DNA of 64,000 nucleotides. Source: a virus (lineage: Duplodnaviria; Caudoviricetes). The stretch lies in the IMG/VR virus record IMGVR_UViG_3300008259_003948, positions 531-64,530 of that record; one strand, given 5' to 3'. The notes under the pieces are model-generated. The model had not been told where the DNA came from, made no database searches, and saw nothing but the letters and a program-made list of their open reading frames with translations. Below, in pieces: positions 1 to 10,412 of the stretch (positions are counted from its first letter, which is position 1; each line of letters starts with the position of its first letter). Both the position numbers and the translations under genes were made by a program.

Positions 1-3000
1 CAATTCCTGGTGGTAATCTACATATGTTTTTTAACAATGGTCAGTTGTTAACATATGGTAGTGATTATACAATTACAGGAACAACTTTAGAATTTGCAAC
101 TTTATATCCCTCACCAACCCCAACAGATGTTTTAAGAATATTATTTGGATTATCGGCAATCGCAACTCAGAGTGGTTTATCAGGTATTGCTGGAAGTTCA
201 GGTATAAGTGGTGTTAGTGGTTATTCAGGTTCAGATGGTGTAAGTGGTATATCAGGATTACAAGGAACTAGTGGTATATCAGGATTACAAGGAACTAGTG
301 GTATATCAGGAATAAGTGGATATTCAGGTTCTGATGGTGCTAGTGGAATTTCGGGAATAAGTGGTGTTAGTGGTTATTCAGGATCTGATGGTGCAAGTGG
401 TATATCAGGACTGAGCGGTATAAGTGGAATGTCAGGAATTACATCAAGTGAGATTGCGCCCAATCTTGTAACAGTATCTCTTCCTGGTGGAGTTGCTGAC
501 TTTAACTCGGTAAAGGATGCGGTAGATAGTATAACCGCGGCAACGGCAACAAGTCCTTATGTTGTATATGTTCACGCAGGAACTTATTATGAAAACTCAT
601 TTTCTTTAAAATCATACATTACATTAAGAGGTGAAAGTTCTACATCAACAATTATTGAAGCGAATGATCCGAACTCTACTCTGATTTATGGGGCAGATCA
701 ATCTATGATTCAGGATGTCCAAGTTCAAGGATGTACCGGAACAGGAGTTTCGGCAATAGTATATTCTTCTTCAACAACACCACAATTAAATGCAATTTTT
801 TATGTTGAAAATGTAAGATTTGGAACAAACTATACGCATGTTAAAAACATTGGAACAGGTGGCGGTAATAGTATTATACAATGTTCAAATGTAAAATATG
901 GTGGATATCCTTTTACGGTAGGTTTCTATTGCACAAATGATGGTAGTGGTATTGGTAGGATGCAACTTCGAAATGTAACATCCACAAATGGTGGAATTAC
1001 AACAACATCCAATTTAGTTTTTGCCAAAGCAGATAAATCAGGTTGTGGTTTTATTGTAAATGGTTGTTTGTTGACCAAGGCGGTAGGAGCCGCTGCGGGA
1101 ACAGGATTTTGGGTTGAAGATGGCGCGTTTTTACGACTTACAGGGGTTAATTTCCAAAGATGGACAACAGGTATATACGCACCGCAAGTAGGGTCAGCAC
1201 CAAGTATTGATGCTATCGCATTAAACTTTGAAAACTGCACAACAGATGTCAATATAGTTCATTCAGGAGCAACAGGAAAAGTCCAAGGAACTGATACCTT
1301 TATAAAAACAATCATACCAATTGATGCGCCACTTTATGAAGTAGGACAAGATGCTAGAAGAATTATTGTTGCCAAAAAAGGTGGAGATTTTACATCAGTC
1401 AAAAGCGCTGTAGATTATATAACAGGATCTTCAGCGACTAATAGATTTGTGGTTGAAGTAGGTCCTGGTAAATTTACCGAAAATGAAATTGATTTAGTTG
1501 GTAAACCTTATGTTAGTATTGTTGGATCGAATATTCAAACTACGGAAATAGTTCCTAGTACATCTTCACAACATATTTTCAAATTAGGTATTAATAACGA
1601 AATATCTTTCTTAACTATATCGGGTGTTGGTTCAGGATATGCCGCAATGTATATCGATGACATAGGAGATTTTGCTCAAGCCCATAAAATATCAATCTAT
1701 GATAGTGACATTGGAATTTGGGTAAAATCTTCGACCCAAGATACCAAATTCTATGGTGAATACATAGACATAAATGGTGATTTCAGTTATGGTGTTCGTG
1801 TAGAGGCTACCAATTCATTCTTAGCTCTTACAAATATGGAAAACTATTACCTGTTTCCAACATATGACGATGTTATAGGAAATAGTGTTGATGGATTAGG
1901 TGGTCGATTGAATATATATACCGCAGAATTTGAAGGAGCATTATTAACAGGATCAACAGCCATACTTGTATCAGATGAAGCAGAATGTGAGGCCGGAAAT
2001 TTGGACATTCAGGAATGGAATAATGCTATAGTTGTTCCAAATGTTGGTAATGGTCCGGCAATCAGAATTGTTGGAACAATGATTCACGATTCGATTACAA
2101 ATGATTTTGAAATTTTAAATGCCACAACAACATTCAGATTCCAAGGAGTTGCAGATCACACAAAAATTTCTAATGTAAGTAATGATGTATATTGGAACTT
2201 TTTGGACGACACAGATGGTGAAAACGATATTACAAGAAAAATATCTGTAACCTTTGCCGATGGAACTCATACAGATGCTTCGACATTAATCTTCCAAGGA
2301 AGTGCAATGGGAAGTATGACAGGTGGGACAATTACATTTGTAAGTGGTTTAACCATAAGCACCGCAGCTGGATTTGGTTATCTACAAAACACCATAACCC
2401 CTGATATTATACAAAGAATTGATTGGAGTGATACACAATTGGTTCTTTCAGCAAATACTGACAATTATATATTCATCACAGATAATAGTATATTAACCGC
2501 ATCTGGTGGATTACCAAGTCCAATCAATAATATAGTATTGGGTAGAGTTGTAACAAACTCTACAACAATCGAGTTCATAGAACAAAGTGCATATGATGCG
2601 AATCACACAGGAACATTATTATCGAGTTTCAATAGAAATGGTCTTGGATCAATTTATGCTGAGGGTTCGATTGTCACTCAAAATACAACACCATTTCAAA
2701 TAGACATAACTCAGGGTAGTTACTATTTCTCAGAAAACAATTATCTACCAACAGGTGGAACAGGAGTAACATTCACCCAGTATTATTATAGTGGTTCAGG
2801 ATGGATTACATCTGCAACAACCTATGTTAATAACTATCAATATAATGCAGGACAAACCTCATTGTCAGCTCTTACATCATCGGCCTATACTAAACATACT
2901 CTTTATACGGTTGGGGATGGTATTGATGAAAAATATTTCTTAGTCTTAGGACAAAATGAATACACAACTCTTGTTGAGGCGGAGGATGCAAATTTACCAA

Positions 3001-3941
3001 CCCCACCAACATTCTTTAAAGATGCGGTAACACCAATCGCTTCCATTTATATTCAACAAGGATTTTCAGGTATTACTCAAATAGAAGACATAAGACCTAT
3101 CATTGGTTTTAAAGCTGCTGGAGTAAATGCAACAGCCGTTCACGGAAATCTTTTGGGATTAGGTGCTGATGACCATACTCAGTATCTACTTGTTGATGGG
3201 GTAAGAGAAATGAGTGGAGATTTGGGTCTTGGTGGTAATGACATTTATAATACAAACTTAATAACAACCAACTATGTTACAACCACAGGAATAACCATAT
3301 CTAATTTAACACAAGACAATGCTCAGACAAAATTTGTTGTTGTGGATAACGCTGGTGTTGCATATTATAGAACGGGTGGAGAAAGTGGTTTATCAGGTAT
3401 TAGTGGAATATCAGGATTACAAGGAACAAGTGGATTAAGTGGATTAAGTGGAATATCAGGTATTGGTGGTCTTTCAGGTATTTCAGGATTAAGTGGAATA
3501 TCAGGTATAAGTGGTGATACAGGACCAATTGGTATATCAGGTTTACAAGGTATTAGTGGTTTGGCGGGAACTTCAACATCAAACATATCGACAATTAGTT
3601 TTACGGTAGATACAGGAGGTGCGGCACCAATATCGTCAGGACTTAAATCATTTGTATATCTTCCTTATAGTGGTGAGATATTGTCTTGGACAATTCTGAC
3701 AAACACATCAGGATCAACAGAGTTAGATCTTTACAAATCGACATATGCGAATTATCCTCCTGATATATCAGATACAATCATAACAACAGATTACCCCTAT
3801 TTATCTAATATGATAAAGAATCAAAGTTCAAATCTTACAGGATGGACAACAACATTTGATGCCGATGACATAATTGGATTATATGTAAAATCTGCATCAA
3901 CAATAACAAGAATACAATTAATTTTAGAAATACAAAAATAA
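1..3941 (+). CDS. Large tail fibre/tailspike-like protein, 5'-truncated by the window: two pectin-lyase-like beta-helix regions and two G-X-S repeat blocks
   Basis: Frame is open upstream of ATG 24. Two copies of the beta-helix entry motif (GVADFNSVKDAVDSIT..VHAGTYYE; GGDFTSVKSAVDYIT..VGPGKFTE), an HGNLLGLGADDHTQY motif, and GISGLS repeats. Confidence 0.7.
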   Translation, partial: IPGGNLHMFFNNGQLLTYGSDYTITGTTLEFATLYPSPTPTDVLRILFGLSAIATQSGLSGIAGSSGISGVSGYSGSDGVSGISGLQGTSGISGLQGTSGISGISGYSGSDGASGISGISGVSGYSGSDGASGISGLSGISGMSGITSSEIAPNLVTVSLPGGVADFNSVKDAVDSITAATATSPYVVYVHAGTYYENSFSLKSYITLRGESSTSTIIEANDPNSTLIYGADQSMIQDVQVQGCTGTGVSAIVYSSSTTPQLNAIFYVENVRFGTNYTHVKNIGTGGGNSIIQCSNVKYGGYPFTVGFYCTNDGSGIGRMQLRNVTSTNGGITTTSNLVFAKADKSGCGFIVNGCLLTKAVGAAAGTGFWVEDGAFLRLTGVNFQRWTTGIYAPQVGSAPSIDAIALNFENCTTDVNIVHSGATGKVQGTDTFIKTIIPIDAPLYEVGQDARRIIVAKKGGDFTSVKSAVDYITGSSATNRFVVEVGPGKFTENEIDLVGKPYVSIVGSNIQTTEIVPSTSSQHIFKLGINNEISFLTISGVGSGYAAMYIDDIGDFAQAHKISIYDSDIGIWVKSSTQDTKFYGEYIDINGDFSYGVRVEATNSFLALTNMENYYLFPTYDDVIGNSVDGLGGRLNIYTAEFEGALLTGSTAILVSDEAECEAGNLDIQEWNNAIVVPNVGNGPAIRIVGTMIHDSITNDFEILNATTTFRFQGVADHTKISNVSNDVYWNFLDDTDGENDITRKISVTFADGTHTDASTLIFQGSAMGSMTGGTITFVSGLTISTAAGFGYLQNTITPDIIQRIDWSDTQLVLSANTDNYIFITDNSILTASGGLPSPINNIVLGRVVTNSTTIEFIEQSAYDANHTGTLLSSFNRNGLGSIYAEGSIVTQNTTPFQIDITQGSYYFSENNYLPTGGTGVTFTQYYYSGSGWITSATTYVNNYQYNAGQTSLSALTSSAYTKHTLYTVGDGIDEKYFLVLGQNEYTTLVEAEDANLPTPPTFFKDAVTPIASIYIQQGFSGITQIEDIRPIIGFKAAGVNATAVHGNLLGLGADDHTQYLLVDGVREMSGDLGLGGNDIYNTNLITTNYVTTTGITISNLTQDNAQTKFVVVDNAGVAYYRTGGESGLSGISGISGLQGTSGLSGLSGISGIGGLSGISGLSGISGISGDTGPIGISGLQGISGLAGTSTSNISTISFTVDTGGAAPISSGLKSFVYLPYSGEILSWTILTNTSGSTELDLYKSTYANYPPDISDTIITTDYPYLSNMIKNQSSNLTGWTTTFDADDIIGLYVKSASTITRIQLILEIQK
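171..440 (+). repeat. Collagen-like Gly-X-Ser triplet block, including a 27-bp tandem unit AGTGGTATATCAGGATTACAAGGAACT at 243-311
   Basis: Read directly: SGLSGIAGSSGISGVSGYSGSDG..., with Gly at every third residue. Confidence 0.9.
3384..3570 (+). repeat. Second Gly-X-Ser triplet block
   Basis: SGLSGISGISGLQGTSGLSGLSGISG... Confidence 0.9.
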
Positions 3942-3942
3942 A

Positions 3943-6321
3943 ATGGGAAAAGTAGCCGTAGAACATATTTTCACAGGAACCACAACAGGTATTACAACAT
4001 ATGATGCCAACCTGACAATGCTTAGTTCATTATATAAACAATCAACAGGGGCAACCGCACAAGACAACTATGTAAGTCTTTTACCATCTAGTATGGTAAA
4101 CATCGCTGATGTGGCAAATACCACTTACTCATATCCATATGTCCACCAATGGTCGAGTAACATATTTTGGGTTTTTATGGCAACAACAGTGGCTGCCGCA
4201 GCAACAAGAACTTTCGGGTTATTCGAATATAATTTATCCGCAAATACTACAACTTGGAAAGGTTTTATAACCCTACAAGGAACACAGCTCGCTGGTAACA
4301 AAACCGTAAGAGGATTAAGGGCATATGTTTATGAAACAACAGGTGGAACAGTTTCAGCAACCGCATCATCAACAATAACAGGATCTGGAACTGCATTTCA
4401 AACAGATAGAATTGCGGTTGGCGCAAGAATTGGATTCGGTTCTACTGATCCAACTCAAATATCAACTTGGTATGAGATTACTGCAATTGCCTCAGATATA
4501 AGTTTAACCATAGGTAATACTGTTACAGTATCTGCCGGATCATCTTATGTAATTGAAGAAATCAGAGTTTATTTCCTACAAACAAATGCAACTTTACAAA
4601 ACTCAGGATTGTATATCATTAAAGGTCTAAATTTCTCAACATTTACTTTAGGTGGAACTACCATAACTGAATCAACCACCACAGATAACATCAGAGCGTC
4701 ATATCTCCTCAAAGACTTTGCTCCATCTACTGTAACAATTAGTAACGCCTCCCCTGGTGTTGTAACATTAGCTAGTCACGGGTTAAGACTGAACGATGCA
4801 GTTCATTTCACAACAACAGGTGGTCTACCATTACCATTAGCGACCGCAACAATTTATTATGTAACCTCAACATCATTAGCGGCAAATACATTTACCGTTT
4901 CAACAACAATCAATGGTGCTGCAATTAACACCACAACTGCGGGTTCGGGTGTTCACACTCTTCATAGTGGAATGAGTGTTTTGGGTGGTGGATTGGGTAT
5001 CGATGAACCTGTAAGTGCTACAGAACATTACATTTATTTATTGAATTCAGAAGTCACAAACACGAACGCCAGACTTGTAAAATACAATGTGAGAGCGGCT
5101 CTTACACCAAATAGTGCCAATGGGGCTACAGGTGCTTTATCCTTGAGGACAACTCCTCTAACAGTTACCGGTACCATTTCAGTAATAAATAATGGAAGGT
5201 TGTTTACGGTTCAACACGGATCGGCATCAGGAATTAAAAGTATATATTTTGCAACAACTACAAGGATTTATAGATGCACAGAATCTACCATATTGGATAA
5301 CTCAACAACATTTCTGAGTGATCAAATGATAGAAATTCCACCGGGTGGTCTTGGAAACGCGGCTTATACTCTAACCTCAGCAATGGCTTCAGTAGATTAT
5401 AGTTCAACATTAGATAGACTTCTGATAATAACAACATCAGGAAGATTTGGTGTTTATGCCGCACAATATAACACAAGTGGGTCACAACAATTTGATAAAA
5501 TATTCGGAACAAATATGAACCGATATAAACTTGGTATTACGCCAGTTGGAACGGTTGATGGATTATTTCCTCAAGCGACTCTTACGATTTGGAGTGAAGG
5601 AGGGTTGTTCTTTTCCGCCCCCATTTCAACCACCACGGGTTTGAACTGGTTATTGGTTTATCCTGGCGGCGGTGATGGATATTTTGCCTCATATTCAAAC
5701 CAAAGAGTTATAACTCCAAAAATGGCAACACCAAATGCCTCGAAATTATATAGAGCGTATGTTGAAAATGCAGATTATTTGGGAACATATCAATTAGGTT
5801 TTCCACCTGAACCATTCAGAGTTTATTTTAGAACATCAGGAATTGATGATAACTCAGGTTCTTGGACTGAGGTTCCCGAAAGTGGTGATTTAAGTTCTTT
5901 CGCAGCATCCACATATATTCAATTTATGTTAGAACTTGACTCTCTTGGTGAAGTTTGTGCTCCCACAAAAGTATATGCGGTAACTTGTTTATATGACGAT
6001 TCTACCACAGATGTTCACTATCAACCATCCATAAAATATTCTGACTATGTAAATAAGAGATTTGCTTGGTGGTTTGCCTTGGCTTGGGGATCTACAGTTC
6101 CGACTCTTAGGGTGTTATTATATGATGCGAACACAAACAACTTACTGGTCGATGACAATACAGCATCTCCAACAGGAACATTTGAAAAATCAACAGATGA
6201 TGGATCAACTTGGGGAGCATATAATACAACAGATAGGGCAAATGCAACTACTTATATTAGGTATACACCAGCATCTTTAGGTGATAACATAAAGGTTAAA
6301 TTCATTTTAACACAATACTAA
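3943..6321 (+). CDS. Virion structural/tail-associated protein (Thr/Ser-rich, beta-strand rich)
   Basis: ITGSGTAF motif and TISNASPGVVTLASHGL..YYV motif seen in phage tail proteins; translationally coupled between fibre genes. Confidence 0.55.
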   Translation: MGKVAVEHIFTGTTTGITTYDANLTMLSSLYKQSTGATAQDNYVSLLPSSMVNIADVANTTYSYPYVHQWSSNIFWVFMATTVAAAATRTFGLFEYNLSANTTTWKGFITLQGTQLAGNKTVRGLRAYVYETTGGTVSATASSTITGSGTAFQTDRIAVGARIGFGSTDPTQISTWYEITAIASDISLTIGNTVTVSAGSSYVIEEIRVYFLQTNATLQNSGLYIIKGLNFSTFTLGGTTITESTTTDNIRASYLLKDFAPSTVTISNASPGVVTLASHGLRLNDAVHFTTTGGLPLPLATATIYYVTSTSLAANTFTVSTTINGAAINTTTAGSGVHTLHSGMSVLGGGLGIDEPVSATEHYIYLLNSEVTNTNARLVKYNVRAALTPNSANGATGALSLRTTPLTVTGTISVINNGRLFTVQHGSASGIKSIYFATTTRIYRCTESTILDNSTTFLSDQMIEIPPGGLGNAAYTLTSAMASVDYSSTLDRLLIITTSGRFGVYAAQYNTSGSQQFDKIFGTNMNRYKLGITPVGTVDGLFPQATLTIWSEGGLFFSAPISTTTGLNWLLVYPGGGDGYFASYSNQRVITPKMATPNASKLYRAYVENADYLGTYQLGFPPEPFRVYFRTSGIDDNSGSWTEVPESGDLSSFAASTYIQFMLELDSLGEVCAPTKVYAVTCLYDDSTTDVHYQPSIKYSDYVNKRFAWWFALAWGSTVPTLRVLLYDANTNNLLVDDNTASPTGTFEKSTDDGSTWGAYNTTDRANATTYIRYTPASLGDNIKVKFILTQY

Positions 6322-6322
6322 A

Positions 6323-6478
6323 ATGGCTCTTAGTGATATTCTTATGATAGAGGCAGATATTGTTGAACCAATATTGGAACTTGACCCAGGAACATTAAAT
6401 GCTCCACAGGATCAACTAACAGAACAGATGACATTAAATGAATTAACCTTAGTATTAGAAGCAAGTTATTCAAGCTAA
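6323..6478 (+). CDS. Small acidic protein (51 aa), not in the ORF track
   Basis: MALSDILMIEADIVEPILELDPGTLNAPQDQLTEQMTLNELTLVLEASYSS*. It fills the gap exactly and overlaps the next gene as TAATG. Confidence 0.65.
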   Translation: MALSDILMIEADIVEPILELDPGTLNAPQDQLTEQMTLNELTLVLEASYSS

Positions 6479-8610
6479 TGAGTATTACAAGATTGGGAAC
6501 ATATCCACAGATTAAAGGATCTCCATTTAAGATCCCTTGTCTTGTTTCGACAGATACTGACATTACTTTAACAGGTGGAACACCAAATCAAGTAGATGGT
6601 GTTAATTTATCTGTTGGTGATAGAATACTTGTTAAATCACAAAACACAACATCACAAAATGGAATATACTATGTTCAGACACTTGGATCAGGATCAAACG
6701 GAACTTGGGTTAGAAGTGTTGATTTGTCTATTAATGATGATGTATTTCAGGGTGTTACAATTTTTGTAAGCGAGGGAACATTATATGGCGGAACTTTGTT
6801 TGTAATTAACACACCAAATCCAATCGATTTGGGAACAACCTCATACGGTTTTGATGTTGCATTTTCAGGTGGAACAGGATCTAGTGGTTTATCAGGACTT
6901 GAGGGTATATCGGGTATAAGCGGACTTGAGGGGATTAGTGGAATATCAGGTATTGAAGGAATTAGTGGGTTAGAAGGTTTGAGTGGAATATCAGGTTTGG
7001 AAGGAAACTCGGGTATTAGTGGTTTAGAAGGAATAAGTGGAATATCAGGTCTACAAGGGATATCAGGAATTGGATTTTCAGCGGTAACAAATTTCTCTGA
7101 CAACAGAATATTAACCTCTGATGGAACTGCAAATGCCGCAACAGCAGAACCAAATCTTACATTCGATGGAACGACTTTAAGAATTACAGGACAAACTACA
7201 CAACAATATAGTGGACCCAACGGATTCACAATTACGGGAACTTATACAACTACTGCAAACTCTCAAGCGTTTACTTTGATAAATCCATCAATAACACAAA
7301 GGAATACCGCGTCCGAGTCGACTTTCGGAGTCAGTTTAACACCTACATTAGTTGGAACTGCAAACGCTCAAGAATTAGTTGGTTTGAATATAAGTCCAAC
7401 ATACACAACATTTGGATCAACAACAAATATCTCAAGAAGAGTAGCTTTGAAAGTTGAGGGTGCCTATCTTGGAACTGTTAATGGTACTAATATTGTTTTT
7501 GGCATTAATGCTGGTAGATACATTTCAACGGGATTTAATAATGCTTTTGTTGGTAACAACACAGGTTTAGCACTACAAAGTGGGTATTATAATACAGGAT
7601 TTGGTGATGATATTGGTAACTTTGGAGGAGCAGGTGGTGCAATAAATGTAAATATTGGTTGGAGAGCAGGACAAGGAAATTTTGGAACAAATGCAAATGT
7701 AGTTATTGGCGCTGAGGCTAATAGAGATGGTGGTGCTTTTCCTTATTCATCAGGTAATAATGTTTTCATAGGTTATAGATCAGGATTTACAAACGGTAAC
7801 AATAATGGAACTTGTGTGCATGTAGGAGCATCAACAGTAGGATTTGCTAACACAGATTCTAACGCAATTGCAATCGGATATGGAACATATGCTCAAGGAT
7901 CTAACACAGCTGTTTTCGGAAACAACTCAATAACAAGAACGCTTCTCAAAGGAGATGTGGGATTAGGATATACACCAACCAATTTGGCAGTAACTTTGGA
8001 TGCTAGGCTTGATATTGTTGGTTCTTCATCAGTCACAGGTAACGCATTGAAAGTTGCCAATTCAACACCAACAACACTTTTGGTGGTTCAAAATGATGGA
8101 AATGTTGGTATAGGACCAACAAGCCCAACTTCAAAATTGCATGTATCGGGAACAACAAATATTGCATCTTTTGTTGGTTCGGGTGGAACATTATATTACG
8201 ATGGAACAACATTAAATTTTTCAGGATCATCAAATGCAAATTTCCAAGACAATCTTTTGGTGAGACCCGAAATGAAAGATTATTCAGAAACATATTCCTC
8301 ACCTTCAATATCATCAAGTGCTTTGACACTTAATTTAGAAAATGGAAATGTTTTCAATGTGTCATTGGATTCTGATGTTACAACTTTTACAATTAGTAAT
8401 CCTCCCGCTAGTGGAAAAACGGGATCATTTACACTAGTATTAACAGCTGATGGAACACCAAGAACAATAACTTGGGGTGGTAATATCAAATGGGGGTCTG
8501 TTGGGTCTCCTACATTAACAAGTGATAGTGGTAGATCTGATATATTTTCATTTATGTCATTAGATGGTGGGTCTAATTGGTATGCATTTATCGCAGGACA
8601 AGCATTTTAA
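6478..8610 (+). CDS. Tail fibre protein with G-X-S/E repeats and an adhesin-like Gly/Asn repeat region
   Basis: N-terminal VDGVNLSVGDRILVKSQNTTSQNGIY fibre motif; NxxxG repeats; GNVGIGPTSPTSKLHV motif; C-terminal LNLENGNVF..W..PTLT..DIFSF domain. Confidence 0.75.
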   Translation: MSITRLGTYPQIKGSPFKIPCLVSTDTDITLTGGTPNQVDGVNLSVGDRILVKSQNTTSQNGIYYVQTLGSGSNGTWVRSVDLSINDDVFQGVTIFVSEGTLYGGTLFVINTPNPIDLGTTSYGFDVAFSGGTGSSGLSGLEGISGISGLEGISGISGIEGISGLEGLSGISGLEGNSGISGLEGISGISGLQGISGIGFSAVTNFSDNRILTSDGTANAATAEPNLTFDGTTLRITGQTTQQYSGPNGFTITGTYTTTANSQAFTLINPSITQRNTASESTFGVSLTPTLVGTANAQELVGLNISPTYTTFGSTTNISRRVALKVEGAYLGTVNGTNIVFGINAGRYISTGFNNAFVGNNTGLALQSGYYNTGFGDDIGNFGGAGGAINVNIGWRAGQGNFGTNANVVIGAEANRDGGAFPYSSGNNVFIGYRSGFTNGNNNGTCVHVGASTVGFANTDSNAIAIGYGTYAQGSNTAVFGNNSITRTLLKGDVGLGYTPTNLAVTLDARLDIVGSSSVTGNALKVANSTPTTLLVVQNDGNVGIGPTSPTSKLHVSGTTNIASFVGSGGTLYYDGTTLNFSGSSNANFQDNLLVRPEMKDYSETYSSPSISSSALTLNLENGNVFNVSLDSDVTTFTISNPPASGKTGSFTLVLTADGTPRTITWGGNIKWGSVGSPTLTSDSGRSDIFSFMSLDGGSNWYAFIAGQAF
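6883..7074 (+). repeat. Gly-X-Ser/Glu triplet block
   Basis: SGLSGLEGISGISGLEGISG... Confidence 0.9.
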
Positions 8611-8612
8611 TT

Positions 8613-9356
8613 ATGATCGCAAATAGGATAAGAATGAAGAGTATTGTTGGTGGAGGATTCCAACCAGGAGATTTTGATTTTAATGACGGAAGTGTCCCAT
8701 ATACAACAAACACTGTCACATTTACAAAATCAGGAACTTTATACCTTTTAGGTAATCCTGATGGTAATGCGGATTATGAGGCATATTGTTATAAAAATAA
8801 TATTGCACAATATTTTTATTTTACAGAAGCAGATGCTATTACATACCAACAAAGTGGAGGTGGAGGAGGTGTGACATTATTTTTATATAATAATAAATAC
8901 GCAGTTATACCTGTTGAGATTGGTGATACAATGTATTTTAGTGCTGATGCATTTGGAGGTCCTGAACCTGGGCAAGCCATTGTAAGTTTTTTTTCTGACA
9001 CATTCAACGGGACCTTAATTTCTGATTTTACAATAACATATGGTGGTTGTTATTTAACAACCGCAACAGTTAATTATAAAGGATTACAAGATGATGGTCC
9101 CGAATTAACTACAATGAGATCATTAAGAGAATATTATAGAGGAGATCCCTATTATGATAACTTAATAACTGAATATTATATAAATTCTCCAATTATATTA
9201 CAAGGAATAAATTCATCCAAAGATCCAAGTATGGAATATGAATTTATATACCAAAGCGTTTTAAGAGTTAAATATTTTGTGGATAATTTACTGTGGGAAG
9301 ATGCTAAAAATGAATATGTTAACACTTATTTAATTTTGAAAAACAAGTATATCTAA
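8613..9356 (+). CDS. Tail-locus protein with a C-terminal CFI-box-like domain
   Basis: GGCYLTTATV..DDGPELTTMRSLRE..YY..SP pattern; start moved to ATG 8613, after the fibre stop codon. Confidence 0.6.
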   Translation: MIANRIRMKSIVGGGFQPGDFDFNDGSVPYTTNTVTFTKSGTLYLLGNPDGNADYEAYCYKNNIAQYFYFTEADAITYQQSGGGGGVTLFLYNNKYAVIPVEIGDTMYFSADAFGGPEPGQAIVSFFSDTFNGTLISDFTITYGGCYLTTATVNYKGLQDDGPELTTMRSLREYYRGDPYYDNLITEYYINSPIILQGINSSKDPSMEYEFIYQSVLRVKYFVDNLLWEDAKNEYVNTYLILKNKYI

Positions 9357-9392
9357 TAACATAGATTTGACAAAGATTAATATTTATAAAAA

Positions 9393-9884
9393 ATGGCAAT
9401 ACAAGTAACAGGATTATTTCAAAACCCAATTTCAGGTTTGATTTATCAATCACCAACTCTTAAATTAGTTCCAATCCTTCAATATTACGGAATGGTTCAA
9501 ATGGATGTTTTCATAAATGAAAATGTGGGTGCGGTTCCATACCCAATGATTTCAAGAAATGAATTGACTTATGATACACAAATAACCGATCCATACGATC
9601 AATTGATAGATGCTTTGGAAAACTATGTAATCGATGACTTACAAAATGCAAATTCAATTAATAGTGGATCAACATTTACCAAATTTACCCCAACTCCACC
9701 ACCTTTAGTTTGTTTTAGATACACAATAACAAACAACACAGAATCACAAATAGGTGTAGGATTTAAAAATTGTTTAGATCAATGGGATAATGCGACGGTA
9801 GAACCAAATTCGTCAATTGATGTTTGTGGTCAAGAAGATTTTGTTTATTCGCCAGGCCAAATAACAAAGAACGAGTCCTGTTGA
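9393..9884 (+). CDS. Hypothetical protein, probably structural
   Basis: Clean ORF behind a TATTTAT motif. Confidence 0.6.
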   Translation: MAIQVTGLFQNPISGLIYQSPTLKLVPILQYYGMVQMDVFINENVGAVPYPMISRNELTYDTQITDPYDQLIDALENYVIDDLQNANSINSGSTFTKFTPTPPPLVCFRYTITNNTESQIGVGFKNCLDQWDNATVEPNSSIDVCGQEDFVYSPGQITKNESC

Positions 9885-9932
9885 TTTGACAAACATTAAT
9901 ATTTATTATAAGATTTGTTAAAACAAATCAAA

Positions 9933-10205
9933 ATGGGTAACGAATATTATTTAGAAAAACAGTTTAACGATTATGCAAGTTCTGAAGATTTTCAGTATTA
10001 CATTCAGAATAAGATAATGGAATCGGATTATCACAAATATTCAAGAATTGCGCCAGAAGGATTTGTTATAATCCCACAACAACTTTTAAATGATTTACAA
10101 GATTTTGAAAATTGGAAAGAATTTAAAAATAATCCAAATTACATAAAAGAAAAATCTTTAGAGATTATAAAAAGTTCACATTTTAAGGGTGAACATCAAG
10201 ATTAA
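9933..10205 (+). CDS. Hypothetical protein
   Basis: ORF with ATG 9933 after an A-rich leader. Confidence 0.55.
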   Translation: MGNEYYLEKQFNDYASSEDFQYYIQNKIMESDYHKYSRIAPEGFVIIPQQLLNDLQDFENWKEFKNNPNYIKEKSLEIIKSSHFKGEHQD

Positions 10206-10216
10206 TTTTTAAAAAA

Positions 10217-10345
10217 ATGCCAAAAGTTAACATCAATCACATCGATTTGAATTCAGAAGAACCACAAAATTCAAAACAAAAAATCAAAAAAAAGAAAAAA
10301 ACTGATGTGAAAAAAGACGATAATAAGTCCAACAACAAAAAGTAA
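10217..10345 (+). CDS. Small Lys-rich protein (42 aa), not in the ORF track
   Basis: MPKVNINHIDLNSEEPQNSKQKIKKKKKTDVKKDDNKSNNKK*; A-rich leader; fills the gap. Confidence 0.45.
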   Translation: MPKVNINHIDLNSEEPQNSKQKIKKKKKTDVKKDDNKSNNKK

Positions 10346-10412
10346 ATAATACTTTACCTAATTTATATCATTTTTATTGTATTTTTTAATATTTATATTA
10401 AAAAAACTAAAG

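Noticed and set aside
171-440. CRISPR-like or DGR-like repeats
   Set aside because: In-frame coding triplet repeats with no unique spacers; no cas or reverse transcriptase gene in the window.
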